From Eubacteriales bacterium (lineage in GTDB: Bacteria; Bacillota; Clostridia; Oscillospirales; CAG-272), in contig JAZKXO010000003.1 in assembly GCA_045611685.1 (NCBI GenBank), positions 20,767 to 84,766 on the forward strand: DNA of 64,000 nucleotides, written 5' to 3'. The position numbers were made by a program, and so were the translations under genes. This document shows positions 9,016 to 17,457 of this stretch, one piece after another. Numbering within the stretch: position 1 is the stretch's first letter; the number at the start of each line of letters is the position of its first letter. The notes under the pieces were generated by a model. It worked only from the letters and a program-made list of their open reading frames with translations, was not told the DNA's origin and made no database searches.

Positions 9016-11598
9016 TTATTCAGTTTCCTTTGCTTTCAGAATTTCGCCGATATTTGCGAGCGGTTCTTTTTTGAGTTCGTCAAGAACGTTCTCAATTTCA
9101 CGGTTCACTTCATCCACATCCTTTTCGAATTCGCGAGCGGGCACGCGAAGAACGCCTACGCGGATTGCGGAAAGCTGAATGAGTCCGTCGGAGGTAACGA
9201 CGCGCACGCGATCGTTTTTGCCGATCTGTGCAATGAATTTTTCAATATACATATCCGCCGTTTCGTTTTCTTTCGTGTAGACGACGTGAATACCGTCAAC
9301 TTCAAGACGCCGTTCTTCCGCACTCGTAACGTTATACGCATCGAAAACGAGGATGACCTCGCGCTTCGTGTAGGCGCTGTAATTGACCATGGTGTCCGTC
9401 AGCACCTTTCTTGCCGTATCAAGATCCGTTTTCGCGAGATTTTTTAGGCTTTCCCAGGCAAAGATGACGTTGTAGCCGTCAACGATCACGTATTCCTTTT
9501 TGGGAGATGAAGGCTCGGCTGTGATTGTACGTGGTTCAGCAACAATAGCTGCCGGTCGGTAGGATGGGCGCTTGATCGGTCCGAATTCGCGGAGCATCAG
9601 GGCTTCCAATTCTTTTTCGTCCAGACGGATATTTTTGTGGTTTACCTTCGGTGCAATCGACGGATCTTTTACCGAAAGACAACTTTCAAGATGCATATAC
9701 TCGGGCACCTTGTCCCACTTGACGGTAAAGCCGCTGCCATGGGCACAGAATACGGAATCCGGCGTGTTTTCAAGATCATGCTCGGGCATATAGCCGAAAT
9801 CAGCTAAAACCTCGTCCGGATTATGGCATACGTCGTATCCGTCGATCTGCGTGATAAGCCGTCCGCGTCCGCCCGTGTAGGCGGCCACCTCGAGTGCGTA
9901 ACCGTTGAGTGTGGAGACGGGTGCACGTCCGCGGAGAATCGTGAGCTGACCGGCATTCTCCGGAGGATCAAACGTGCCGCTTCGCTTTCGGATATCGTTC
10001 ACGGCGCGCCCGATCTGCTCCGACGGAATTTCAAGACGGAAGGAGTAATACGGCTCCAGAAGCACGGATTCTGCACGCATCAGTCCTTGACGTACGGCGC
10101 GGTAGGTTGCCTCTCTGAAATCGCCGCCTTCGGTATGCTTTACGTGTGCACGGCCTGCGGCGAGGGTGATTTTCATATCTGTGATCGGGGAGCCGGTCAA
10201 AACGCCGAGATGCTGTTTTTCGTAAAGATGCGTGAGGATCAGCCTCTGCCAGCTTCTCTCCAGCGCATTTTCCGAGCAAGCGGAGTCAAACACCAATCCT
10301 TTGCCACGCGACAGCGGCTCAAGGATGAGGTGCACCTCTGCATAATGGCGGAGGGGCTCAAAGTGCCCGACACCCTCCACCGTATTTTTGATCGTTTCTT
10401 TGTAGAGAATTTTTCCCGAGTCAAGTTCTACGGCAACGCCAAACCGTTCTTCGACAAGGCTCTGCAAGATTTCAGCCTGCACCGCGCCCATGATCTCCAC
10501 GTGGATCTCGCCGAGGTGGGAGGAGTAGCTGACGCGCAGCTGGGGATCCTCCTCTTCGAGGAGTTTCAGCTTTGGGAGCATCGTTTCGGTATCAACACCC
10601 TTTGGGAGCTTTACGCGGTAGCTCATGACCGGCTCAAGGATCGGCGTGCCGGTATCTGCTTCGATACCGATCCCCATTCCGTTTTTCGTCCTTTCAAGGC
10701 CGGGGATGACGCATACCCCGCCTGCTGTCATTTCATCTGCCGTTTGAAATTTTGCGCCATTGTAAATACGGATCTGACTGACTTTCTCCTCGTCATCTCC
10801 GAGTTTCAGCGTGTCCCGCACGCGGAGCGTGCCGCCCGTGATCTTCATATGCGTCAGGCGATTGCCCTGCGTATCGTGGCTGATCTTGAACACCTTTGCC
10901 CCGAACGCATCCGGATAGGAGTAGGGGGCGGCGTAGCGTGAGAGTGTGTCGAGAAAGGGGTCGATGCCGTCGAGTTTCAGCCCTGAGCCGAAGCTGACGG
11001 GGAAAACGAGCCGCTGACGGAAGAGGGAAGTGATATCATCATCGGTGATCGCATCGCCCGATAGGAATTTTTCCAGCAAATCCTCCCGTCTCAGAGCCAG
11101 TTGCTCCGGCCGATCGGGAAGGGTATTTTCGGTGAAATCAATGCATCCTTCGCCGAACTCTTCCCTCAGTTCTTCCATAAGGTCGGATCTTTCGCGGCGA
11201 GCAAAATCCATTTTCGTAACGAACAGAAACGTGGGAATATGATAGAGGGAAAGAAGCCGCCAAAGCGTGCGCGTGTGTGCCTGCACGCCGTCCGTTCCGC
11301 TGATTACGAGAATCGCCGCGTCGAGCACTTGAAGCGTGCGCTCCGTCTCTGCAGAGAAATCGACGTGCCCGGGTGTATCGAGAAGCGTTACTTCCAAATC
11401 TCCGAGTGTAAAAACGGCCTGACTTGCAAATATCGTGATCCCACGTTCGCGTTCGAGCGAATGCGTATCGAGTAAGGTATCGCCGTTATCCACTCTGCCC
11501 ATTTTGCGGAGTTTTCCGCTTTTATAGAGAATAGCCTCGGAGAGCGTCGTTTTTCCCGCATCCACGTGCGCCAGAATTCCAATTACAGCCTTTCGCAT
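9016..11598 (-). CDS. TetM/TetO-like translational GTPase fused to a C-terminal NYN (YacP/Rae1-like) RNase domain
   Basis: AHVDAGKTT, RGITI, DTPGH, GHFEPLRHYAEV; C-terminal VDGYN...VFDA...TAD...VVTSD. Confidence 0.88.
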   Translation of the reverse strand: MRKAVIGILAHVDAGKTTLSEAILYKSGKLRKMGRVDNGDTLLDTHSLERERGITIFASQAVFTLGDLEVTLLDTPGHVDFSAETERTLQVLDAAILVISGTDGVQAHTRTLWRLLSLYHIPTFLFVTKMDFARRERSDLMEELREEFGEGCIDFTENTLPDRPEQLALRREDLLEKFLSGDAITDDDITSLFRQRLVFPVSFGSGLKLDGIDPFLDTLSRYAAPYSYPDAFGAKVFKISHDTQGNRLTHMKITGGTLRVRDTLKLGDDEEKVSQIRIYNGAKFQTADEMTAGGVCVIPGLERTKNGMGIGIEADTGTPILEPVMSYRVKLPKGVDTETMLPKLKLLEEEDPQLRVSYSSHLGEIHVEIMGAVQAEILQSLVEERFGVAVELDSGKILYKETIKNTVEGVGHFEPLRHYAEVHLILEPLSRGKGLVFDSACSENALERSWQRLILTHLYEKQHLGVLTGSPITDMKITLAAGRAHVKHTEGGDFREATYRAVRQGLMRAESVLLEPYYSFRLEIPSEQIGRAVNDIRKRSGTFDPPENAGQLTILRGRAPVSTLNGYALEVAAYTGGRGRLITQIDGYDVCHNPDEVLADFGYMPEHDLENTPDSVFCAHGSGFTVKWDKVPEYMHLESCLSVKDPSIAPKVNHKNIRLDEKELEALMLREFGPIKRPSYRPAAIVAEPRTITAEPSSPKKEYVIVDGYNVIFAWESLKNLAKTDLDTARKVLTDTMVNYSAYTKREVILVFDAYNVTSAEERRLEVDGIHVVYTKENETADMYIEKFIAQIGKNDRVRVVTSDGLIQLSAIRVGVLRVPAREFEKDVDEVNREIENVLDELKKEPLANIGEILKAKETE

Positions 11599-11714
11599 AT
11601 CGACCTCTCCTTTCGTAGTATACCTATATTATAACAAATAATCGCGTTCGTGAAAAGAGCATGCAATAAAAAAGATATTTTGCGTTTTATGTTTTGAGCC
11701 CGAATGATGAAAAA

Positions 11715-11736
11715 ATGCGGCCTCGAAAAGCCGCAT
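11715..11736 (-). terminator. Intrinsic terminator (possibly the original tRNA-Ser terminator)
   Basis: ATGCGGC/GCCGCAT stem followed by a T-run on the minus strand. Confidence 0.6.
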
Positions 11737-11785
11737 ACATATAGGATTTTATGATAAAAACACCATTGAGTCCGAACTTATGGGT

Positions 11786-12307
11786 TCAGATTTCAATGGT
11801 GTCTTCAATTTCGTATTTATCATCAATAAGAATATAGTTCACACTATATAACTGTGCAAGTTTTAAGATTTCGGCATTGTCTACCAGCACACTCTCGATA
11901 GTACACCCCTCATCATCTAAGCGACTTTCAATTACATTTGCATATTCTTTTATGTCAGCAAAGTGGTTTCTAATATAACCCTCACTCATTACAAGGCAGT
12001 AATATTTAATCTCTTTAAGATATTCTCCTTCAAAGTCCTTCTGCCAATCGAACGGAATGTAGCAACCTTCAACAACTAAGTTCTGCCTGTTTTCAATTGC
12101 AGTTTTAATCATTTCGCGAACAATAGGCCATAAGTATGCAGTCAAATCTTTATCATCGCTCATAGGAGTAAGTTCCGTGTTGCCGCTGCGGATTAAACCC
12201 ATTTTCAAATGGTCAATGGACAAGTACGGATATTTATATTTTTCAAGCAGTTTTTGTGCGGTTGCTGTCTTGCCCGTGTGCGATGCACCTGTAATTAAAA
12301 CAATCAT
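11786..12307 (-). CDS. P-loop kinase/AAA-like protein (AT-rich passenger gene)
   Basis: GASHTGKT Walker A, SIDHLKMGLIRS, VVEG; clearly lower GC than flanks. Confidence 0.8.
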   Translation of the reverse strand: MIVLITGASHTGKTATAQKLLEKYKYPYLSIDHLKMGLIRSGNTELTPMSDDKDLTAYLWPIVREMIKTAIENRQNLVVEGCYIPFDWQKDFEGEYLKEIKYYCLVMSEGYIRNHFADIKEYANVIESRLDDEGCTIESVLVDNAEILKLAQLYSVNYILIDDKYEIEDTIEI

Positions 12308-12396
12308 TATCTTCGTCCCTACAAAATTTTATTTGTAGGTTAGATTATACCATAGATTATATTTATAATCAACGCTTAGCGTAGCAAAGCACCTAA

Positions 12397-12477
12397 ACTT
12401 CTTCACTATTCACTATTACTTATTACTTGCCAAAATCGACTTCTCAGAGAATAGTGAAAAGTGAAGAGGTGAAAAGT
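12397..12477. repeat. Degenerate 7-nt tandem repeats arranged as an inverted pair
   Basis: TTCACTA TTCACTA TTACTTA TTACTTG ... GAATAGT GAAAAGT GAAGAGGT GAAAAGT; 12400-12417 vs 12450-12467 complementary at 17/18. Confidence 0.8.
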
Positions 12478-12513
12478 AAAATCGACAAGTTTCTGTCAAA
12501 ACTTGTCGATTTT
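12478..12513 (-). terminator. 15-bp perfect hairpin abutting the tRNA-Ser CCA end
   Basis: AAAATCGACAAGTTT-ctgtca-AAACTTGTCGATTTT. Confidence 0.7.
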
Positions 12514-12601
12514 GGCGGAGGGTGTGGGATTCGAACCCACGTGGGATTGCTCCCAAACGGTTTTCAAGACCGCCTCGTTATGACCGCTTCGATAACCCTC
12601 C
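12513..12601 (-). tRNA. tRNA-Ser(UGA)
   Basis: GGAGGGT...GCGGT-CTTGAAA-ACCGT, long variable arm, GGTTCGAATCC, encoded CCA. Confidence 0.96.
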
Positions 12602-12624
12602 ATGCGGTTTATGCCGTACAAGAT

Positions 12625-12653
12625 ATGATATCACAGAGTGGCTTTTTTGTCAA
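12625..12653 (-). promoter_or_regulatory. sigA promoter of tRNA-Ser
   Basis: TTGACA-17-TATCAT. Confidence 0.75.
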
Positions 12654-12729
12654 GATATTTTTCCCGCCGCGTGTATTTTTGATGCAATCAGAAATACTAA
12701 ACGTATACGAAGAAATGAGGTGAAATATA

Positions 12730-13173
12730 ATGCACGATCCAACGAAGGAACTTCTAAAAATGGTCTACGTCGGTGCTAAGAGCGGTTGTGAAGCGATAAC
12801 CGCTATGGAGTCGAAGATTAAAAACGAGCAACTGCGGCGGGACACTGCAGCACAGCTTGAAGCGTATTCGGGATACGTAAGGCGTGCCGAGTCGATGATG
12901 AGTGAGAAAAACATTACCGATATCGGGTTTCCGCTTATGAATAAACTGACCGTACGCGGCGGCGTGATGATGGAAACGATGGGTAATCCGGATGATGGAG
13001 AATTGGCGCGTCTTTTGCGGGTCAGTTCAAAAGAGAGCGCCAACCGCATGAGAAGCGCGATCGCTGACCTCAGGGAGAGCGGATGCGACAAAGACGTGCT
13101 GGCGCTCGCGCAAAGCATGATGAGTTTTGAAATCGCCGAGGCAGAGCATCTGGGAACGACGAAATACGAATAA
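12730..13173 (+). CDS. Hypothetical helical (ferritin-like) protein
   Basis: RBS GAGGTG, 147 aa, amphipathic helical pattern; family inferred. Confidence 0.6.
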   Translation: MHDPTKELLKMVYVGAKSGCEAITAMESKIKNEQLRRDTAAQLEAYSGYVRRAESMMSEKNITDIGFPLMNKLTVRGGVMMETMGNPDDGELARLLRVSSKESANRMRSAIADLRESGCDKDVLALAQSMMSFEIAEAEHLGTTKYE

Positions 13174-13178
13174 AAAAG

Positions 13179-13206
13179 AGAAGGCGGTGCTTTAGTACCG
13201 CCTTCT
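13179..13206. terminator. Bidirectional terminator
   Basis: AGAAGGCGGT/ACCGCCTTCT stem with A and T tails. Confidence 0.8.
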
Positions 13207-13217
13207 TTTGAAAGTAT

Positions 13218-15131
13218 TTATTCGGCAACGAACAGATACGGGTAGATATCCTGTCCGCCGTCGATGAAGTACACCTCGGAATGGGGGAATTCTTTCGTGA
13301 GGAATTCCGTGAGCGCCTCAGTATCGCTCTCAGTGGCATCTTTACCGACGAAGATCGTCAGCATGAACTTCTCAGGAAGATTAAGCATACGGGAAGCGAG
13401 ACGCTCAGCGGCGGTAAGACAGATCTCCTCGGAGAGGATGATCTCTTTTTCTATAACGCCGATCGTGTCGCCTTTTTTGATTTTCACCCCGCCTATCTCC
13501 GCATCACGGATCGAGGGCGACACGTAGCCTGCCGTTGCGTGGCTCATCGCTTCTTTCATGGCGGATTCGATAAAGTCGGGATCCTCCGCTGTCAGATCTG
13601 CGGTGGAAATGGCAACGTAACCCGAGCCGATACTCTTCGAGGGAATCACATGAATCATGGCATCCTTATAGAGCGCCGCCGCCTGCTGTGCCGCCATCAA
13701 AATATTTCCGTTGTTCGGGAAGACGAAAATATGCTCGGCGGGGATCTTTTCAAAAGCGGCGAGAAAATCGTTGGTAGAGGGGTTCTGCGTTTGACCGCCC
13801 GAGATGATCTGATCTACGCCCAGCTCGGTAAAGAGCGCGTCAATGCCGGGACCGTTCGATACAGCTGCAATGCCGTACCGCTTTTTGATCTGCGGTGCTG
13901 TCGGCTTGTCCTCATCTTGATTTTTCTGTACCGGGGCGGGGGCATCCTCGCCTGCGGTGGACAGTTCGGTATGCTGCACGGACATGTTTTCTATCTTCAC
14001 CGTGAGGAACTCACCGAACGTCAAGCAGTGTGCCAGTACTTTATCCGGCGTGAAGGTATGTACGTGGATTTTCACGATGCCGTCCGTTACGAAAGCGACG
14101 ATAGAATCGCCGATTTCAGAGAGGAACGCTTTGAGCGCATCTACGTCGAAATGATCGGGATCCGCCTTGCGCCGCGTGATCTGTACGAGAAGCTCGGTGC
14201 AGTAACCGTAGGTCATTTCGCTGTCGGCATTGAAAGCGAACACGGTCGGTTTCGGGGCGGGTTTGTCCGATCCTCCTCTGTTATCGAGGAGAATCTCCTC
14301 ACCATTCAGTACGCGATTGAATCCGTCCATGATGTAGAGGAGGCCCGCACCGCCGCTGTCAACCACGCCGGCTTCTTTGAGAACGGTAAGGATTTCCGGC
14401 GTGCGATCGAGAGAGGCGTGCATTTCCTTTACCAGATCGGCAAAAAACGTACGGATGTTGCTCTCGCTTGTAATGTGAGACACTGCGTATTCTACGGCTT
14501 CACGGGCAACGGTGAGAATGGTGCCTTCGGTGGGCGTCATAACGGAGCCATAGGCCTGCTGCACACCAAGCTCCAGCGCATGTCCGAGAACTGTCGGATC
14601 TGCCGTTTCCTTGCCGAGGAATCCCTTTGCCGTTCCGGCAAAAAACTGCGAGAGAATAACGCCTGAGTTGCCGCGTGCGCCGAGAAGCATGCCGTGGGAC
14701 AGGGCGTTCATGATCTCGCCGAGATCGTCGGAGTCCATATTCTCGATAGCGGCAATACCGCTTTCGATCGTCATGCGCATATTGTCGCCCGTATCGCCGT
14801 CGGGGACGGGGAATACGTTCAGGCGGTTGACCTCATCCGCATTTCTCGAGAGAAGGGCAGCACCGCCGATCGCCATGCGGCAGAGAAGCTTTCCGCCAAG
14901 CGCTTTCAGGTTGCTCTTGATACCGCCCGATTCTTTTTTTGCCGCCTCTTTAGCGGCCTTTTCAGCCTCCCGTTCCGCTCTCCGTTCTTCTTTTTCGAGA
15001 CGGCGTTCCAGACGCTGTTTTTCAAATTCGGGATCTTTTTTTACTTTGATCTTTACAACGATATGATAGCGAGGCGTGGGCGTATCTGCATCGCCGAGAC
15101 TATCTTTAGAGGAAAAGTATCTCTGTGCCAT
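13218..15131 (-). CDS. fakA: DAK2-domain fatty acid kinase subunit A with N-terminal extension
   Basis: LNVFPVPDGDTGDNM, GARGNSGVILSQ, GVVDSGG, YGYCTE, GGQTQNPS; ATG 15131 after AAGGAG. Confidence 0.9.
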   Translation of the reverse strand: MAQRYFSSKDSLGDADTPTPRYHIVVKIKVKKDPEFEKQRLERRLEKEERRAEREAEKAAKEAAKKESGGIKSNLKALGGKLLCRMAIGGAALLSRNADEVNRLNVFPVPDGDTGDNMRMTIESGIAAIENMDSDDLGEIMNALSHGMLLGARGNSGVILSQFFAGTAKGFLGKETADPTVLGHALELGVQQAYGSVMTPTEGTILTVAREAVEYAVSHITSESNIRTFFADLVKEMHASLDRTPEILTVLKEAGVVDSGGAGLLYIMDGFNRVLNGEEILLDNRGGSDKPAPKPTVFAFNADSEMTYGYCTELLVQITRRKADPDHFDVDALKAFLSEIGDSIVAFVTDGIVKIHVHTFTPDKVLAHCLTFGEFLTVKIENMSVQHTELSTAGEDAPAPVQKNQDEDKPTAPQIKKRYGIAAVSNGPGIDALFTELGVDQIISGGQTQNPSTNDFLAAFEKIPAEHIFVFPNNGNILMAAQQAAALYKDAMIHVIPSKSIGSGYVAISTADLTAEDPDFIESAMKEAMSHATAGYVSPSIRDAEIGGVKIKKGDTIGVIEKEIILSEEICLTAAERLASRMLNLPEKFMLTIFVGKDATESDTEALTEFLTKEFPHSEVYFIDGGQDIYPYLFVAE

Positions 15132-15132
15132 C

Positions 15133-15999
15133 TTATCGCTCCTTTCCGACGAAGAAGAGTGCCATCGTGCCGGGACCGGAATGTGCACCGATCACGGCGC
15201 CGACATGGGTGACCACGTCTACGGTTGCACCGTACTTTTTATTGAGCGTATCCTTCAGATACGCAACGTCAGCATCGCAGTCTGCGTGGGAGATGAATAC
15301 CGTACCGCCTTTTGGATCCTCGGCGGTTGTACCCAGTTTATCGGCAAGTGCATCGAGGGATGCTTTCCGACCGCGCACTTTTACCATCGGGATCAGTTTT
15401 CCGGCATCGTCCACATGCATAACCGGTTTGATACCGAGCATACCGCCTACGAAAGCGGCGGTGGGGGAGACGCGGCCGCCCCGTTTCAAATATACGAGAT
15501 CGTCTACGGTGAACCAGTGGCAGAGACGGGGACGAATCTCCTCAGCGTAAGCGGTGGCTTCTTCAATCGTGGCGCCTTGTTTTCTTTTTTCGTTTACGAG
15601 ATAAACAAGGAGTCCCTGGCCGGCAGACGCACAAAGTGTATCCACGGTGATGATTTTTCTGTCTGGATATTTTTCTTTGAGCATCTCAGCCGCGATACGG
15701 CCGGAGTTGTATGTGGTGCTGAGACCGGAAGAGAATCCAAGATAGAGGATGTCCCGGCCACCTTTGAGAATTTCCTCAAAAGCGATCATAAACGTATCGG
15801 GATTGATCGCGGCGGTTTTTGCGACACCGCCCTCACGCATACGGTTATAGAAATCGAGAATGTTCATATCGTCGCCGGTGTATTCCGTGTTGTCTCCCTC
15901 AAAGCGGAAGGTGAGATTCAGATAGGGAACGTCCCACGCTTTCAGCATATCGGGCTTAATATCACAGCCGGAATCGGTAAAAAGTACAAACTCACGCAT
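15133..15999 (-). CDS. fakB: DegV-family fatty acid-binding protein (FakB)
   Basis: TDSGCD, SSGLSTTY, YLKRGGRVS, VIGAHSGPG. Confidence 0.9.
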   Translation of the reverse strand: MREFVLFTDSGCDIKPDMLKAWDVPYLNLTFRFEGDNTEYTGDDMNILDFYNRMREGGVAKTAAINPDTFMIAFEEILKGGRDILYLGFSSGLSTTYNSGRIAAEMLKEKYPDRKIITVDTLCASAGQGLLVYLVNEKRKQGATIEEATAYAEEIRPRLCHWFTVDDLVYLKRGGRVSPTAAFVGGMLGIKPVMHVDDAGKLIPMVKVRGRKASLDALADKLGTTAEDPKGGTVFISHADCDADVAYLKDTLNKKYGATVDVVTHVGAVIGAHSGPGTMALFFVGKER

Positions 16000-16035
16000 T
16001 TTTAGTCTCCTTTATGTATCAATAGTTTTGGAAGA

Positions 16036-16512
16036 TCAAAAAATATTTTTCTCAGCATCAAAACCGTTTTCTGCCATATCGCGCAGGTTATCGGTAATGG
16101 AGCGTAAAGACTCATAAAAAACGGTGCGGCGTTCTTCAGTAAGATCGCGTCCGGCGGTTTCAACCGCCTGCGCAATGCTTTTCCGCATCGCATCTGCTGC
16201 TGCGTATCCTTTGTCTGTGAGGCGCAGAACGGCGCGATATTTATTTTTTCCTGATCCTACTCTCGTAATAAGATCTTGTTCTTCCATGATTGCCATCATA
16301 CGGGAAACGTCGGATTTGTCCCGTCCGCAGATTTCCGACATTGCGGTCGCGGTAATGCCGTCGGGATGGCGGGCAAGCGTCAAAAGATACACGGAATGAC
16401 CGCCTTTAAGACCGTATTTTCCCATTTCATCCGCAGCGAGCTTATGCCAATAACGGGTGATCTCCGAGAGTGCGAAGGAAAATTGTTCAAACCGTTGGAA
16501 GCGGTCTGTCAT
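16036..16512 (-). CDS. MarR-family transcriptional regulator
   Basis: wHTH DKSDVSR...LITR...LTDKG; first gene of the marR-fakB-fakA unit. Confidence 0.85.
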   Translation of the reverse strand: MTDRFQRFEQFSFALSEITRYWHKLAADEMGKYGLKGGHSVYLLTLARHPDGITATAMSEICGRDKSDVSRMMAIMEEQDLITRVGSGKNKYRAVLRLTDKGYAAADAMRKSIAQAVETAGRDLTEERRTVFYESLRSITDNLRDMAENGFDAEKNIF

Positions 16513-16641
16513 ACGAAAATCTCCTTTTTGGGGCGCGGATCCGACGTTTTTCGGTGGGATTCGCGCATTTTGGAAAAAAGTTGTATTGTCAACATTTATT
16601 ATAGCACAAATGAAGGTGTACTGTCAATGAATTTCATAAAG

Positions 16642-16664
16642 AAAGGGCGGAAAATCCGCCCTTT
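16642..16664. terminator. Intrinsic terminator after spoVM
   Basis: AAAGGGCGGA/TCCGCCCTTT stem. Confidence 0.75.
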
Positions 16665-16688
16665 TTGATATGTGGATACATTTAGATA

Positions 16689-16769
16689 TCAGCTTGCCCG
16701 TGCCCCGAAAAAAAGACGGCGGAGCAGCGGAGAAAGAAAATGCGGGGATTTTACAATAACGATTTTCAT
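16689..16769 (-). CDS. spoVM: Stage V sporulation protein M (26 aa, missing from the ORF track)
   Basis: AAGGAG RBS then MKIVIVKSPHFLSPLLRRLFFGARAS*; Pro9, amphipathic; follows thiN as in B. subtilis. Confidence 0.85.
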   Translation of the reverse strand: MKIVIVKSPHFLSPLLRRLFFGARAS

Positions 16770-16798
16770 AGAGAATCTCCTTTTGGTGGTTTCGATAC

Positions 16799-16827
16799 AG
16801 TATATGATTCTTTATAAATCAGCGTGC
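16799..16827 (-). promoter_or_regulatory. Putative mother-cell (sigK/sigE-type) promoter of spoVM
   Basis: GCAC-N17-CATATACT. Confidence 0.55.
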
Positions 16828-17457
16828 ATCGCTTTCAACCAAAAGTACGGCCCCGCCGCTCACAGAGATCGTCGCTTTGGCGGTTGTGATCTCGTTGCTG
16901 ACCGCATACGGGTTATCGCGGGACAAAAGGGCGTTGTCGAGGGGATATTTGCAGCCTTCGAGCGTTACGTGCGCGGAGTCGAGGGCAAAAAGTGAAAAGT
17001 ACGTAAATCGGGAAGAGGAAAGCGCTACGGTCTCATCCTTCAGAAGGTGGAGTCGGTTAACACCGTCTGTCAAAACGGTACGTACGCCGCGCTCGTGGAG
17101 CGCTTCAAGAAAAAATACGTTTGATAAGGTGTGATCGAGACGTCCGCCCGTGCCTCCGATAACATAGAGTTCGGTAGCACCGCGTTCAATCGCGATACGG
17201 CAGGCGAGCATCGTGTCCGTGTCGTCTTTTTCTGCGGGAACGCGGATGATCTCTGCTGTTGTGTGGGCTGGAATGGGGGAGGAGTCAAAATCACCGACGA
17301 TAATACCAGGATGAACGCCGCACATTTCCGCTGTAATTCTGCCCGCGTCGGCGGCAATTATGAGATCGCCGTTGAAATCATCGCTTGAGAGATGGGAGAA
17401 ACTGCAAAATCCACCGGTAAAAATGACGGCACGCTTGACGGAGACATCGTTTTTCAT
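16819..17457 (-). CDS. thiN: Thiamine pyrophosphokinase
   Basis: IAADAG, VGDFDS, EKDDTD, GGRLDHTLSN, VSNE; ATGA overlap with rsgA. Confidence 0.93.
   Translation of the reverse strand: MKNDVSVKRAVIFTGGFCSFSHLSSDDFNGDLIIAADAGRITAEMCGVHPGIIVGDFDSSPIPAHTTAEIIRVPAEKDDTDTMLACRIAIERGATELYVIGGTGGRLDHTLSNVFFLEALHERGVRTVLTDGVNRLHLLKDETVALSSSRFTYFSLFALDSAHVTLEGCKYPLDNALLSRDNPYAVSNEITTAKATISVSGGAVLLVESDAR

Noticed and set aside
9016-11598. Calling this a tetracycline resistance gene (tetM/tetW)
   Set aside because: 860 aa with a NYN fusion, host-like composition and no mobile context; resistance cannot be inferred
12397-12477. CRISPR array
   Set aside because: Repeats are 7 nt with no spacers and no cas genes; no CRISPR seen anywhere in the window
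12427-12779. ORFs 12427-12723 and 12522-12779
   Set aside because: They overlap tRNA-Ser and repeats on the opposite strand; spurious
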